A stretch of 64,000 nt of DNA from an uncultured Planctomycetia bacterium (GTDB taxonomy: Bacteria > Planctomycetota > UBA8108 > UBA1146): contig CAYRAM010000002.1 of NCBI GenBank assembly GCA_964422295.1, forward strand, positions 24,052-88,051, read 5' to 3'. The position numbers were made by a program, and so were the translations under genes. This document shows positions 1 through 10,297 of the stretch, in pieces (positions within the stretch are counted from its first letter, which is position 1; each line of letters opens with the position of its first letter). The notes under the pieces are model-generated. The model saw only the letters and a program-made list of their open reading frames with translations, made no database searches and was not told the origin of the DNA.

Positions 1-12
1 CCCGCACCTGAA

Positions 13-996
13 GTGCTGTTCACGATCAATACCGAGGATGACGGTGTTGCTCCCCACGAAATCATTTTTGAGAGTCTTAGCAATGGAATGATCACGGATC
101 ACTTCTGGGACTTTGGAGACGGTCTAACGAGTACGGAATCATCGGGTACCCATGTCTACATCGAACCGGGACAGTACTTTGTGAGTCTTACGGTCACAGG
201 TCCTGGGGGCACAAGCTTCCAGCAAGCGACGCTGCCAGTTTCCGTGACCTCGCCCGACAACTACATGAAGTTTGCTGATATCTCAGTCTTCGGCGGTCAG
301 CCTGTATTCCACCCCGTTCTCGGAACCCACACCGATCCTCTTCAGGGCTACCAGATCGGTGTCGAATTCGATGGAACATTTCTGCAGATGAATGAAGTCT
401 CTATTGCGGGAACGCAAGCAGCTCAACTTTCCCCGGAGTTCATCATTTCCAATATTTTTGATACAGGGGCCGATTCCAGTCTCTACCTGGCAGTTATCTT
501 CGATACATTGCCGCCCTTTGACGGAAGGACTGTTAGTCCTGGAGTGAATCACACCCTGTGTACTCTGAATTATGATGTCGCGATGGGGTTACCATTGGGG
601 AGTTCGACAGAGTTGCGGTTTGCAAACGGTATCGGTTTTCCTCCCATCAACACCATCTACGCCATCGAGGGCGGGCTGGCTCTGGAACCCTATTTCATCC
701 AAGGGACCATCCTCGTATCTGAACAGCCCCAGTTCCTCTTCATCCGTGGCGATTCCACATATGATCAGAGCGTCAACATCGCAGATGCGATATTCCAACT
801 CGATTATCTCTTCACAGGTGGCCCACACTCCGTTTGCCCCGATGCAGCGGATTCCAACGACGATGGGGTGCTCAATATCGGGGATGCGGTATATACCCTC
901 TCGTACCTCTTCGCCGGCGGGGAAACCATTCCATACCCCTATCCCGGTTATGGCCTAGATCCCACAGAGGACTCTCTCGGTCCCTGTTTGCCGTGA
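13..996 (+). CDS. Secreted protein, 5'-truncated by the window edge. It has a PKD-like domain (WDFGDG...GxYxVxLxV) and a C-terminal dockerin-like twin Ca-binding repeat.
   Basis: The ORF runs from the window start, so the N-terminus is missing. A PKD signature 'HFWDFGDGLTSTESSGTHVYIEPGQYFVSLTVTG' is present. The C-terminus 'FIRGDSTYDQSVNIADAIFQLDYLF...DAADSNDDGVLNIGDAVYTLSYLFAGG' has two D-x-N-x-D-G/x-V-N loops, each followed by L..LF, which is typical of dockerin type I. Confidence 0.6.
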   Translation: MLFTINTEDDGVAPHEIIFESLSNGMITDHFWDFGDGLTSTESSGTHVYIEPGQYFVSLTVTGPGGTSFQQATLPVSVTSPDNYMKFADISVFGGQPVFHPVLGTHTDPLQGYQIGVEFDGTFLQMNEVSIAGTQAAQLSPEFIISNIFDTGADSSLYLAVIFDTLPPFDGRTVSPGVNHTLCTLNYDVAMGLPLGSSTELRFANGIGFPPINTIYAIEGGLALEPYFIQGTILVSEQPQFLFIRGDSTYDQSVNIADAIFQLDYLFTGGPHSVCPDAADSNDDGVLNIGDAVYTLSYLFAGGETIPYPYPGYGLDPTEDSLGPCLP

Positions 997-1163
997 CATG
1001 CGCAGGATTCCAAGGATCTCCTGACTCAAACGTACCTGAGCATACGTCTTCCCGAAATTGCCGATTGCATCCCCTTCTCTTCTGAATGGTGGATTCGCTT
1101 CACTCCGGTGTTTCTAATGTGTTCGATGTCAACAACCTGAACCGAGCACCATGGGAGGAACGG

Positions 1164-2723
1164 ATGAAGACCGTCAGAAGTTATACCGGTGAAAAGTGGC
1201 ACGCTGCAGAAGGTGGCAAGGGAGTCGAACTTCGGGATCCATCCACGGAGGAGCCTCTCGCCCACGTGTCTGCCGACGGTTTGAATATGGGGGACTTGGT
1301 TCAACACGCCAGAAATCAAGGCGGGGCTGCACTGCGAGAGTTGTCCCATGAGAGTCGTGGTGAATTGCTGGTGGGAATGTCTAAGGCGATACACGGGATC
1401 CGTGATGAGCTTCTTGAACTCTCCATGAAATCGTGTGGCACCACTCGCAAGGACTCCAAGTTTGACGTCGACGGGGCATCGGGGACTCTCTACCACTATG
1501 GTGCATTGGGCCAGGAATTGGGTTCGGGTGTTTTCCTTGAGGACGGGGATGGCGAGCAACTTGGCAGATCTTCCGTTTTTTGGGGGCGTCATGCGCGCGT
1601 ACCCCGAAATGGAGTTGCGATTCATATCAACGCATTCAATTTCCCTGCCTGGGGTTTTGCAGAAAAAGCTGCCGCTGCGATTCTTGCGGGAATGCCAGTG
1701 GTCACCAAGCCCGCCTCCAGCACGTGTCTCGTTACCGAGCGCTGCATCGAGGCGATCGTCGAAGCGGGGGTTCTTCCAGACGGAGTGTTGAGTCTGATTT
1801 GCGGTTCGGTAGGCGATCTGTTTGAACATCTGAATGAGCAGGATGTGGTTGCATTCACGGGATCCGCAGGCACGGCCCTGCGCATTCGCTCCCATGCCAA
1901 TCTGCTCGCGAAATCGATTCCGGTGAATGTGGAAGCGGACAGTCTGAATGCCGCTTTTCTTGCCGATGACATTGAACCCGGCTCGGAGACCTGGAATCTG
2001 ATGATTCGAGAAGTGGCCAGGGAAGTGACACAAAAGAGTGGTCAGAAGTGTACTGCGGTCAGAAGGATTTTTGTTCCGAACAGTCTCAGGGATGCATTTG
2101 TGGACGAGTTCATTGAAGAACTTGGTAACAGGGTAACCGGCACTCCTTACGCTGATTCAGTCAATATGGGCCCCTTGGCTACTGAAGATCAATTGGAGTC
2201 AGTACTCGAGGGGATCTCCCGATTGCGTGAAGTTGCGGATGTGATTCACGGGACCGGAGAGCGTTGTGATGGAGTCGGTGCAAAAGAAGGACAGGGATAT
2301 TTTGTCTCTCCGACTTTGCTGGAGGCTCGCGATGAGGGGGGTGATGAGATCATTCACGATCTCGAAGTGTTTGGCCCGGTTTCCACCCTGTGTCGCTACG
2401 ATGGGACTTCTGCCTCTGCTGCTTGTTTGAATAGCAGGGGAGCGGGAACCCTGGTGACTTCCATTTACAGCGACTCTGATGAATGGGTCCATGACTTCCT
2501 GCGGCGGGGGGGGTCATACAGTGGACGATTCTACCTCGCTTCCGAGCGAATGGCTCCCCAGGCTCCTGGATCAGGCCTGGCTCTACCCTCTTCTCTTCAT
2601 GGAGGACCTGGCAGGGCAGGGGGGGGAGAAGAATTGGGTGGATTGAGGGCGCTGGATCTCTATTCCCAGCGGATCGCACTTCAAGGAGCAAAGAGAACCG
2701 TTGAGACTTTTGTGCGCTCCTGA
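1164..2723 (+). CDS. Aldehyde dehydrogenase family protein of the PaaN/BoxD-like ring-cleavage semialdehyde dehydrogenase clade.
   Basis: The catalytic-Cys motif 'SGQKCTAVRRIFVP' is present, with 'AFTGS' and 'PFG'-type ALDH elements. The C-terminal 'HGGPGRAGGGEELGGLRAL' tail is characteristic of the PaaN/BoxD subgroup. The start was moved to the ATG at 1164, which is preceded by GGGAGG. Confidence 0.75.
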   Translation: MKTVRSYTGEKWHAAEGGKGVELRDPSTEEPLAHVSADGLNMGDLVQHARNQGGAALRELSHESRGELLVGMSKAIHGIRDELLELSMKSCGTTRKDSKFDVDGASGTLYHYGALGQELGSGVFLEDGDGEQLGRSSVFWGRHARVPRNGVAIHINAFNFPAWGFAEKAAAAILAGMPVVTKPASSTCLVTERCIEAIVEAGVLPDGVLSLICGSVGDLFEHLNEQDVVAFTGSAGTALRIRSHANLLAKSIPVNVEADSLNAAFLADDIEPGSETWNLMIREVAREVTQKSGQKCTAVRRIFVPNSLRDAFVDEFIEELGNRVTGTPYADSVNMGPLATEDQLESVLEGISRLREVADVIHGTGERCDGVGAKEGQGYFVSPTLLEARDEGGDEIIHDLEVFGPVSTLCRYDGTSASAACLNSRGAGTLVTSIYSDSDEWVHDFLRRGGSYSGRFYLASERMAPQAPGSGLALPSSLHGGPGRAGGGEELGGLRALDLYSQRIALQGAKRTVETFVRS

Positions 2724-2789
2724 CACTGACCGCTGGCATCGATGACTTTACGTCCATAAGTTGATCGGTCAATTGGGAATCGTAACAAG

Positions 2790-2833
2790 AAACGCCCGCA
2801 GGAATCATCCGATCCTGCGGGCGTTTCTGTTTC
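2790..2833. terminator. Bidirectional Rho-independent terminator between the convergent aldehyde dehydrogenase and EF-G genes.
   Basis: Perfect inverted repeat aaacgcccgcagga...tcctgcgggcgttt, followed by a T-run (ctgtttc). Confidence 0.5.
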
Positions 2834-2848
2834 AGTATCAGAAGAGAG

Positions 2849-4933
2849 TTACTTCTTCTGTTCCTGCTCTTTTTTGTATTCGCTGATCAACTCATCTTGA
2901 ATGTCCCGTGGTGCTGGAGAGTAACGGGCGAACTCCATGGTGAACTCAGCCTTGCCTTGGGTGGCGGAGCGAAGAACCGTGGAATAGCCGAACATCTCTG
3001 CGAGTGGAACATCCGCCTCGATGCGAACAAAACCGTCATCATCGAAAGTATCAGTCAGAATTCCGCGGCGCTGATTGAGGGTTCCGATCATGTCCCCCTG
3101 GAATTCACTGGGACCTTCCAGTGAAACCTTCATCAAGGGTTCCAAGACCTCAGGTTTACCCTTCATGTAGTACTCACGGAAACACCCCTTGGCGGCAGCC
3201 TGGAAGGCCATGTCGGAGGAGTCCACAGCATGGTAGTTGCCGTCATTCAAAGTAACGGAAAGACCATCGACGGGAGCACCGATCAATTGACCTTTGACGA
3301 TACTGGCTTTGAATCCTTTTTCGACGGAAGGGATGTACTCGCGGGGCACGTTACCTCCGGTGACCTTGCTATCAAACTCGAACTTTCCTTCTTCGTTCGG
3401 TCCAATCGCTCCAATGATCCGACCGAATTGCCCCGATCCACCCGTCTGTTTCTTGTGAGTAAAGTCGAACTCGGTGAGTTTGGTGATGCGCTCACGGTAA
3501 GCGACCTGCGGGGCTCCCACCTCAACCTCAGCTTTGAACTCACGCTTCATCCGCTCGACGTAGACTTCGAGGTGAAGTTCTCCCATTCCTGAGATAATGG
3601 TCTCACTGCTGACCGCATCGAAGCGGACGCGGAAGGTCGGATCCTCCTTGGTAAATCGTTGTAGTGCCTTCGACATATTGTCGGAGGCCTTCCGGTCGAC
3701 CGGATTGATCGCCAGGTGAATCACAGGCTCTGGCACGTGCATTGAATCGAGTACCAGATCCGTGTCGTTCGAGCGGAAGGTATCACCCGAAGCACAGTCG
3801 ATTCCGAACAATGCGACGATGTCTCCTGAACCTGCTTCATCGATATCATCCATGTTGTCAGCATGCATGCGGACGATTCGGCCGACTTTGACCTTCTTGT
3901 CCGTTCGGGCGTTATAGACGAATTCGCCCTTCACCAGTTTTCCCTGGTACACGCGAATATAGGTTAGCTGACCGTATGCCCCATCCTCCAGTTTGAACGC
4001 ATAGCTGAGCAGAGGATCTTCGGGGTGATTGGTAACCTCGTGACGTTCTTCTTCATTGCTGGGATTGATGGCGTAGTTCTTGATATCCACCGGGCTGGGA
4101 AGGAATGCGTTTACCGCATCCATGAGGGGCTGAACACCCTTGTTCTTATACGCAGAACCACAGAACACAGGGCAGAGCTCGAGAGAGATAACGCCACGAC
4201 GTGTCGCCTCTATGATGAGTTCTTCTGTGACATTCTCATCCAGCATCGCTTCGGTCAACTCGTCAGAGAACATCGAGATGGCATCGAGCATCATTTCCCT
4301 GCGCTCTTCCGCCTCGGCGGCCATGTCTTCCGGGATGTCCTCGTAGCGAAGATTTTCTCCATTGTCACCATCGAAGTAGATGGCCTTCATGGTGATCAAA
4401 TCGACGACGCCCTGGTGATCGTTTTCCAATCCTATGGGAAGTTGGAACATCACCGAGTTCAGCCGCAGCTTCTCTCTCAATTGGTCGCAAACTCTCAGTG
4501 GATCAGCTCCGGTTCGATCGCACTTGTTGACAAATGCCAGACGCGGAACGTTGTAGCGACGCATCTGCCGATCCACGGTGATGGACTGACTCTGAACTCC
4601 GGATACGGAACAGAGAACCAGGATCGCTCCATCCAGAACCCTCAAGGCGCGTTCCACTTCGACGGTAAAGTCGACGTGACCCGGGGTGTCGATGATATTG
4701 ATGTGCTTGTCTTTCCACTCAAGGTAAGTGGCAGCAGACTGGATCGTGATTCCACGTTCTCTTTCGAGTTCCATGGAGTCCATGGTGGCTCCGACGCCGT
4801 CTTTGCCACGCACTTCATGAATGGCATGGATGCGATCGGTGTAAAAGAGGATCCTCTCGGTGAGGGTCGTCTTTCCGCTATCAATATGTGCGCTGATGCC
4901 GATATTGCGCATCTGCGTGATGTCTTGGCTCAT
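2849..4933 (-). CDS. fusA: Translation elongation factor G.
   Basis: The N-terminus '[32 protein letters not shown]' has a G1 P-loop (AHIDSGKT), plus 'DTPGHVDF' and 'NKCDR' G-motifs. The full five-domain length is about 695 aa. The start is at the ATG preceded by GGAGAAGGA. Confidence 0.93.
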   Translation of the reverse strand: MSQDITQMRNIGISAHIDSGKTTLTERILFYTDRIHAIHEVRGKDGVGATMDSMELERERGITIQSAATYLEWKDKHINIIDTPGHVDFTVEVERALRVLDGAILVLCSVSGVQSQSITVDRQMRRYNVPRLAFVNKCDRTGADPLRVCDQLREKLRLNSVMFQLPIGLENDHQGVVDLITMKAIYFDGDNGENLRYEDIPEDMAAEAEERREMMLDAISMFSDELTEAMLDENVTEELIIEATRRGVISLELCPVFCGSAYKNKGVQPLMDAVNAFLPSPVDIKNYAINPSNEEERHEVTNHPEDPLLSYAFKLEDGAYGQLTYIRVYQGKLVKGEFVYNARTDKKVKVGRIVRMHADNMDDIDEAGSGDIVALFGIDCASGDTFRSNDTDLVLDSMHVPEPVIHLAINPVDRKASDNMSKALQRFTKEDPTFRVRFDAVSSETIISGMGELHLEVYVERMKREFKAEVEVGAPQVAYRERITKLTEFDFTHKKQTGGSGQFGRIIGAIGPNEEGKFEFDSKVTGGNVPREYIPSVEKGFKASIVKGQLIGAPVDGLSVTLNDGNYHAVDSSDMAFQAAAKGCFREYYMKGKPEVLEPLMKVSLEGPSEFQGDMIGTLNQRRGILTDTFDDDGFVRIEADVPLAEMFGYSTVLRSATQGKAEFTMEFARYSPAPRDIQDELISEYKKEQEQKK

Positions 4934-5104
4934 CTTCCTTCTCCTCGGGATCAATCCCGGCGTATGGGTGGGTCTGCAGTGGAAAAGCCACCTGACCCTC
5001 TTGGTAGGCTCCAAGGATATCGTCAGTGGATGGCCCTGTGGACAGATTCTGGAAGGATTCGGCAGGTTTCCCGAATGGCAAATCGGCGCTGGGGGAAGCC
5101 AAAT

Positions 5105-5488
5105 TCAAGGAGAAACGGCTGAATCGGGCGGGATAGGCCAATTTTTCTCGGCGAGGACGTTTTTTCCCGGCTGGCCAGGGGAGTAGCGCTTTGCATCGAG
5201 AAGTTCTTCCGGGAGATCTTCTTCACCCACCAACCAACCCCCAAGAGTGCTTCCATCCTCTGCCCTCATGCGGCAAAACCACTCCCCGGAAGGCTCCACT
5301 GCGACGACAGGCCCGTGGCCACACTGGGCAAGGCAACCGGATTTCACGACCCGTACGCGATGGGAATCTCCCGCTTGATAGATTTTTTCCCGAAGAGCAG
5401 AGCACACATCCATCGATCCCTGTCGAGGACAACTTTTTCCATGCACACAGACGAGAACCACCTGCTCGTATGGCCTGGAATCGGTCAT
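5105..5488 (-). CDS. Thioredoxin-like [2Fe-2S] ferredoxin.
   Basis: The Cys pattern 'VLVCVHGKSC...GCLAQCGHGPVVAV' is typical of NuoE-like or thioredoxin-like 2Fe-2S ferredoxins. It lies 5 bp from the upstream TPR/Trx-like gene, so the two are probably co-transcribed. Confidence 0.5.
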   Translation of the reverse strand: MTDSRPYEQVVLVCVHGKSCPRQGSMDVCSALREKIYQAGDSHRVRVVKSGCLAQCGHGPVVAVEPSGEWFCRMRAEDGSTLGGWLVGEEDLPEELLDAKRYSPGQPGKNVLAEKNWPIPPDSAVSP

Positions 5489-5492
5489 GGGA

Positions 5493-7097
5493 TCAGGAAC
5501 CTTCGGCCAGTAATCTGCGAATCACTGTCCTGTACAGGCCTTTGTCCCAGAACATGGGATCGATCAATTCCCAGCGGACCTTCTTTTCGGAATCGATCAA
5601 GAGCAGCAGAGTTCCACCGTGGGCAACGAGATGCCGATCGAGGACCCCTTTTTCCTGACCTGCCTGGATTCCATAGGTCCAACCCAGATTCTTTGAGGAG
5701 GCGATGCTTTTCATCGCTTCAATTTCCCGCCCTGATCGATCCCCTCTCAGAATGCCGCTGATCCAGACCACTGAGAGGCCCTCCGAAGAGAATTCCTGTT
5801 CCAGTTCCTTGGCAACATCCAGAAATCGGTTTTGGCGATTCTTGCCACGGCTACTGTCACAAAAAATTCGCATCTCCAATTTTGATTCAGCATCTGCAGG
5901 GTTTTTTTGAATCCAGGTCATTCCTTCGAGAGAAGGAGCTTGCTTGTCGTGTAATACATCGATTCGCTGAGCCATCGGAATCGATTGAAATTCGAAATAG
6001 GTCTTCGTGGGCATGGCAAGATCGGTGCCGCCATTGATGCGCTCATAGATTTCGTCGTTGAATTTGAGCAGCGCCTGCAATGCCGCTTCTTTCTCTCCAA
6101 GAGCCAACTGGTAGAACCCCTCATAGAATCTTTGCCGGTCCGCCATCATCGCAAAGTCAGTTTCTTTGCCATCGGGAATGACGTAGGGAGAGCCTTCCTC
6201 CTGTCCAGGCAGAGTGACTTCGGCACCTGCTTGACTCCCGGCGGTCAGGACCGGACCCCACTTGCGCCAGAGTTCTCGGCCTTGCGTCAATTTTCCCAGG
6301 TGTCGACATGCCTTGTGAGTGAAGTAGACCAGGTGTGGCAAGTAGGGGGATCTTGGATGGTTGTTCAGGCAATTGAAGCCGGCTTTCATCATCGCTTCGT
6401 AATCACCGGCCAATTCGAGGGCTTCCACCTCTTTGATGCGCAATTCATCCGCATCGAGGAGACTCGTATCGAGCTCAAGAGCACTGCGGAAGGCCTGTGA
6501 GGCTTCTACCGGCTTGCGGCATTTTAACAATGCATCCCCCAGGACCACTTGTGCACGACTGACTTGATCCGGGGGAAGATCCTCCTTGGCCAGAGCGATC
6601 TGGGCCAACTGGATGACCTCCTGAAGGTAGTAAACCTGTTCAGCCAATCTTTGATCGTTTGTGAATGGTGCGCCCGAGTCTTTGGCAGCTTGGGCCATCA
6701 TCCCGACATGGCGATCCACATTCAGAATCAAAAGGCGTCCCAGATCTATCGCAACCCGGGAGAAGTCCTTTCCTTTTGCGGAGAATCGCATGACGTAATC
6801 CCTGCCCGCATCGATTCCTTCATCGAGGGTGATGAATACGGCTGCCAAATCATCTCTTCGAAGAGTTCTCGGGTCAGGAATCGCTGCCAACTTCTCCCGC
6901 ACAGTCTTTGCAAGTGCCGCTGACTCCTCTGAAGAATCGTCGTTGCTGTCCAATTCAGGGAGCGTTGAGGCCTCCTTTGAAGAGGGGGGAGTCTCCGTTT
7001 GTCCCATCAATAGATCAGAACAGAGTGTGGGAATGAGGAGGCTGATCGCCAGGCTGAAGAAGCGGAATTGGGCACCCGCAATACCGAAGAAGGACAT
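5493..7097 (-). CDS. Secreted TPR-like repeat protein with a C-terminal thioredoxin-fold domain that lacks a canonical CxxC.
   Basis: N-terminal signal peptide 'FFSLAISLLIPTLCS'. The central region is rich in helical repeats. The last ~140 aa resemble the TlpA/redoxin fold ('KVRWELIDPMFWDKG'), but the active site has only a single Cys ('RIFCDSS'). Confidence 0.4.
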   Translation of the reverse strand: MSFFGIAGAQFRFFSLAISLLIPTLCSDLLMGQTETPPSSKEASTLPELDSNDDSSEESAALAKTVREKLAAIPDPRTLRRDDLAAVFITLDEGIDAGRDYVMRFSAKGKDFSRVAIDLGRLLILNVDRHVGMMAQAAKDSGAPFTNDQRLAEQVYYLQEVIQLAQIALAKEDLPPDQVSRAQVVLGDALLKCRKPVEASQAFRSALELDTSLLDADELRIKEVEALELAGDYEAMMKAGFNCLNNHPRSPYLPHLVYFTHKACRHLGKLTQGRELWRKWGPVLTAGSQAGAEVTLPGQEEGSPYVIPDGKETDFAMMADRQRFYEGFYQLALGEKEAALQALLKFNDEIYERINGGTDLAMPTKTYFEFQSIPMAQRIDVLHDKQAPSLEGMTWIQKNPADAESKLEMRIFCDSSRGKNRQNRFLDVAKELEQEFSSEGLSVVWISGILRGDRSGREIEAMKSIASSKNLGWTYGIQAGQEKGVLDRHLVAHGGTLLLLIDSEKKVRWELIDPMFWDKGLYRTVIRRLLAEGS

Positions 7098-7456
7098 GGT
7101 TTCTGATTCCTTTCATGTCCAGGCAGAAATATTTTCCTGGGCTCGTTGCGGGACTTTCTTTGACCGCCAATTGAGATCTCTGCCGTCGTTGGCCCGATCC
7201 CATCGCCATTTGCTGCATAGTACCACAGGGTTGCAGAGAATCGTAAACAGTCAGCCATTTCGCGACGCATGACTCGTTCTCACCATTCGATGGTATTCTT
7301 GGGGGTGAAGCCGTGAGTCCACGGATCCGGCACAGGAGCCGGGGAATTCCGTCGATCCTTCGGGGGGGAAGTGCGTGGTGATCCGAGGAGGAACCTGCGC
7401 CAAGTCCTGATCCCCGAAGACGACAGGAAAACGAGAGTTGATCCCCAGGAGGATGT

Positions 7457-8170
7457 ATGATGATGCAGCCATTGCTGATTTCCCTTTTCGCTCTGGGTTT
7501 GACAACCCAGGACCCGTCAACAGGGGCCGCAGGGGGCGCTGTGGCAGAAGAGATCCCCTACAAAAAAGTGGATCCCGAAAAGACGATCGGCATGAATATG
7601 CCGGGAATCGAAGTGATCGATCTTGAGGGCAAGAGTGTCGATCTCTCCCAGTTCTCAGAGAAGACGATGATCCTCGAATTTACTCTTCCCAGTTGCCGAT
7701 TTGCACAGCGGTTATACATCCAGAAGAGAGTTCAGCCGATGATTCAAAGATTGGCTCGGCAAGAAATCCTCTGGTTCAGTGTCGATTCCTCCTTTTTTGC
7801 GCATCCCGAACGGTGGCAAAACTGGGCGAAAAAGTACACTCTCAAGCACCAATTCATGCTCGACAATGAAGGTCGATTGGCAGAGGCCCTTGGAGTTAGG
7901 GTGAGCCCCACCTACATCATCGTCCACAAGGGAAAGATCATTTACCACGGATCTCTCGATGACGATATCTGGGGACAGGATCTCGATCGAACCGTCCTTC
8001 TCGATCAGGCTCTCAAGGCGGGCCTCGCCGGGGAGACGATTGAAAAGCCGTATGAAAAACCTTACGGGATGGCGATCAGGACCCGTCGGGTAGAAGAGAT
8101 TCGCCGCAAGGAGTTCGAAGAAGCTCGCAAGAAGGCATTGGGAGACTTCGACAAGCCCAAAGGCCAGTAG
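7457..8170 (+). CDS. Secreted redoxin / TlpA-like thioredoxin-fold protein with a non-canonical active site.
   Basis: Signal peptide 'LLISLFALGLTT'. Redoxin-like elements are present ('KTMILEFTLPSC', 'PTYIIVHKGKIIYHG'), with a single Cys in place of CxxC. Confidence 0.45.
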   Translation: MMMQPLLISLFALGLTTQDPSTGAAGGAVAEEIPYKKVDPEKTIGMNMPGIEVIDLEGKSVDLSQFSEKTMILEFTLPSCRFAQRLYIQKRVQPMIQRLARQEILWFSVDSSFFAHPERWQNWAKKYTLKHQFMLDNEGRLAEALGVRVSPTYIIVHKGKIIYHGSLDDDIWGQDLDRTVLLDQALKAGLAGETIEKPYEKPYGMAIRTRRVEEIRRKEFEEARKKALGDFDKPKGQ

Positions 8171-8319
8171 GCTCTCCGGCGGCAATCCAGCAGATCGAAC
8201 TCCCCATTCAATTGGTGTTCCCCTTTCCGGCGTGAGGCAACACGGATACCCTGTCACCACCCTGTTGATCGCCTTCGCAAAAGGCATGTCGCAAGCGCTC
8301 GGGGTGGGGGGATATTTCA

Positions 8320-9417
8320 TTGCTTTATTGGCTGGGAGAGAACTTCCGTGATCTCTGGGGGCCTCTTCGATTGCTCCAATCCCATCTGGTTCTCGCCTCT
8401 CTGGGAGCCGTTTTTTCCGTCATTGCGACCTTCTGGGTACTCCGCTATCGATTCATGCTTCTGCCCCTGGACCGGGGACGGGAGCATGCAACGCAGAGTG
8501 CCGTTTCCAAAGGGAAACCGACAGGAGCAGGGTTGCTTTTCATCCCTGTTCTGTTGGTCGTTTGCCTGCTGGTGGTTCCATGGGATCCCTATCAGGGAGT
8601 GATCTACATCGCGGTATTTCTGGCGATGATTGCGGGATATCTCGATGACCGCAGCGGGATCTCATGGGGAGAATGGAAAAAGGGAATTTTTGATGCGGTG
8701 ATCTGCGGAGTGGTCGCCTGGGCACTGATCCGTGGGCAGACACATATTGAAATCTGGTGGCCACTCTATGCCCCAAAAATGGGACCAGAAGCTGCACTTG
8801 ATGGGACGATGGGTTTACTGGCCCCAACACTCGTTTCCACATCGGTGTACTGGGTGATGGCGACCTTTTTGCTATTTCTCTCCATCAATACGACCAATTG
8901 TTCTGATGGGGTCGATGGATTATCCGGGAGTTTGTTGGCTGTGGCGTTTCTCGCATTGGGTGGAGTCTTGTATGGAGTCGTGGGGCACGTGGGGTCTGCG
9001 CGATACCTGTTGGTGCCCTACAATGAAATGGGCGCAAGTTGGGCCGTCGTTGTCGCCACCTCATTGGGAGCACTGGTTTCCTATCTTTGGTACAACGCTC
9101 ATCCTTCCCAATTGATGATGGGGGATGCCGGCTCACGTCCACTGGGTCTGCTTTTGGGAATCTTTTCCCTGGCAACAGGAAACCCGCTCCTGTTTTTTGT
9201 CGTTGGGTTCCTGATCATCGCCAATGGTGGAACAGGATTGGTCAAGTTGTTGCTGATTCGCATCTTCAGTTGGAGGGTGATCAAGGTGACCTGTCCTCTG
9301 CACGACCATTTCCTGAAGAATCACAATTGGTCACCGACCCAAGTCCTGGTTCGGATGGTCCTGATGCAGGCGATTCTCACCCCCCTACTGTTGGTGATCT
9401 TCCTCAAGATTCGGTAG
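8320..9417 (+). CDS. mraY: Phospho-N-acetylmuramoyl-pentapeptide transferase.
   Basis: N-terminus 'MLYWLGE' (compare MLVWLAE). The motifs 'NCSDGVDGL', 'MMGDAGSRPLG' and the MraY-specific His-rich loop 'PLHDHF' are present. It is about 365 aa with multiple TM segments. TTG start, preceded by GGGGTGGGGGG. Confidence 0.8.
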   Translation: MLYWLGENFRDLWGPLRLLQSHLVLASLGAVFSVIATFWVLRYRFMLLPLDRGREHATQSAVSKGKPTGAGLLFIPVLLVVCLLVVPWDPYQGVIYIAVFLAMIAGYLDDRSGISWGEWKKGIFDAVICGVVAWALIRGQTHIEIWWPLYAPKMGPEAALDGTMGLLAPTLVSTSVYWVMATFLLFLSINTTNCSDGVDGLSGSLLAVAFLALGGVLYGVVGHVGSARYLLVPYNEMGASWAVVVATSLGALVSYLWYNAHPSQLMMGDAGSRPLGLLLGIFSLATGNPLLFFVVGFLIIANGGTGLVKLLLIRIFSWRVIKVTCPLHDHFLKNHNWSPTQVLVRMVLMQAILTPLLLVIFLKIR

Positions 9418-9537
9418 GGATCTCCCTGAAAAGGCGAAGCGGGATGTCCAACGGTGTCCTTGGAAGAGTCGCAGACAGGTCCTGTCGTTTCAGAGGAGTT
9501 GTTGGAATCGGAAAGCAGAGGAGATACGAAAGCAAAA

Positions 9538-9573
9538 AAAAGCCCCGAAGGCTGCACGCCTTCGGGGCTTTTT
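9538..9573. terminator. Bidirectional Rho-independent terminator between the convergent mraY and secreted-protein genes.
   Basis: aaaagccccgaaggc...gccttcggggcttttt, a GC-rich stem with A and T tracts on both sides. Confidence 0.55.
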
Positions 9574-9592
9574 CCAAATCCAACCAGACTGA

Positions 9593-10297
9593 TTAGTAGT
9601 CGACCTGACGGAAGTTTCCACCATTCATGGCGGAAAGGTTCACGTAGAAGGACTGTTCACCAGAGTAGAACGCGCTGGTGAAGTAAATCGTGTGGATCGG
9701 CAGATTCTCAAAGTTCGCAGCAGTGATCGAATCGAGGCACATGTCGGCGTAACCGCCACCGCCTTCACCACCGCAGTAAGGCTCGCGAGCTCCACAAATG
9801 ATCACCTGCTTGTGTGATCCGGAAGACTGCTGAGCGAGACCCATTGCGACGAGGGCTGCATCGAGCAGGCAGTGGTTCTCAATCGGAGTCAGTCCTCCGA
9901 GCCATGCCTGGGCAGAAGCCTTGTTACCGGCGTTTGCACTGCAGCAATCCGGTCTCCAGATGTATGTCTGGGAGTTGTAAGCGACCACGGAAAAATCGAC
10001 CGCTGCCGAGAGTTGGTTCAGTGTTCCACTGACCTCTTGGCGAATGTTGTCGAAAATATCCGTTTCACCACAGAAGCCGTAAGCAGGAACGACGAAGACA
10101 AAGGTGTCACCCTCGAATTCTCCACCGTAAAAGTTGATGCTCTCAGGGGAGTCTTCTTCGTCGTCGTCATCTCCGGCTCCTCCTGATGGGAGGTCGAGAG
10201 GTTTGCGCAAACCATCTGCGGCATCAGAGATGGGGTAACCACCGATGATGAATCCCGCGAGTAGCAAGAAGAGAAGAGTTACAGAGCGAAGCGTCAT
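9593..10297 (-). CDS. Hypothetical secreted Cys-rich protein.
   Basis: Signal peptide 'VTLLFLLLAGFIIGG', an acidic stretch 'GAGDDDDEEDSPE', and several Cys residues. No family was recognised. Confidence 0.45.
   Translation of the reverse strand: MTLRSVTLLFLLLAGFIIGGYPISDAADGLRKPLDLPSGGAGDDDDEEDSPESINFYGGEFEGDTFVFVVPAYGFCGETDIFDNIRQEVSGTLNQLSAAVDFSVVAYNSQTYIWRPDCCSANAGNKASAQAWLGGLTPIENHCLLDAALVAMGLAQQSSGSHKQVIICGAREPYCGGEGGGGYADMCLDSITAANFENLPIHTIYFTSAFYSGEQSFYVNLSAMNGGNFRQVDY

Noticed and set aside
1435-1972. Overlapping alternative-frame ORFs within the aldehyde dehydrogenase gene (1435-1791, 1580-1825, 1622-1972 minus).
   Set aside because: They are internal to a well-supported ALDH reading frame, and their translations are Arg/Ser-rich nonsense.
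5105-5107. TGA stop of the ferredoxin gene 5105-5488, considered as a possible fourth Sec codon.
   Set aside because: Reading through in frame gives '[20 protein letters not shown]...', which has no family similarity and no CxxC context. It is treated as a genuine stop.
4025-5122. A 365-aa ORF on the + strand, and several others (3230-3592, 4140-4346), lying inside fusA on the opposite strand.
   Set aside because: They sit entirely within a strongly supported EF-G gene. Their products are low complexity with no motifs. They are typical high-GC antisense artefacts.
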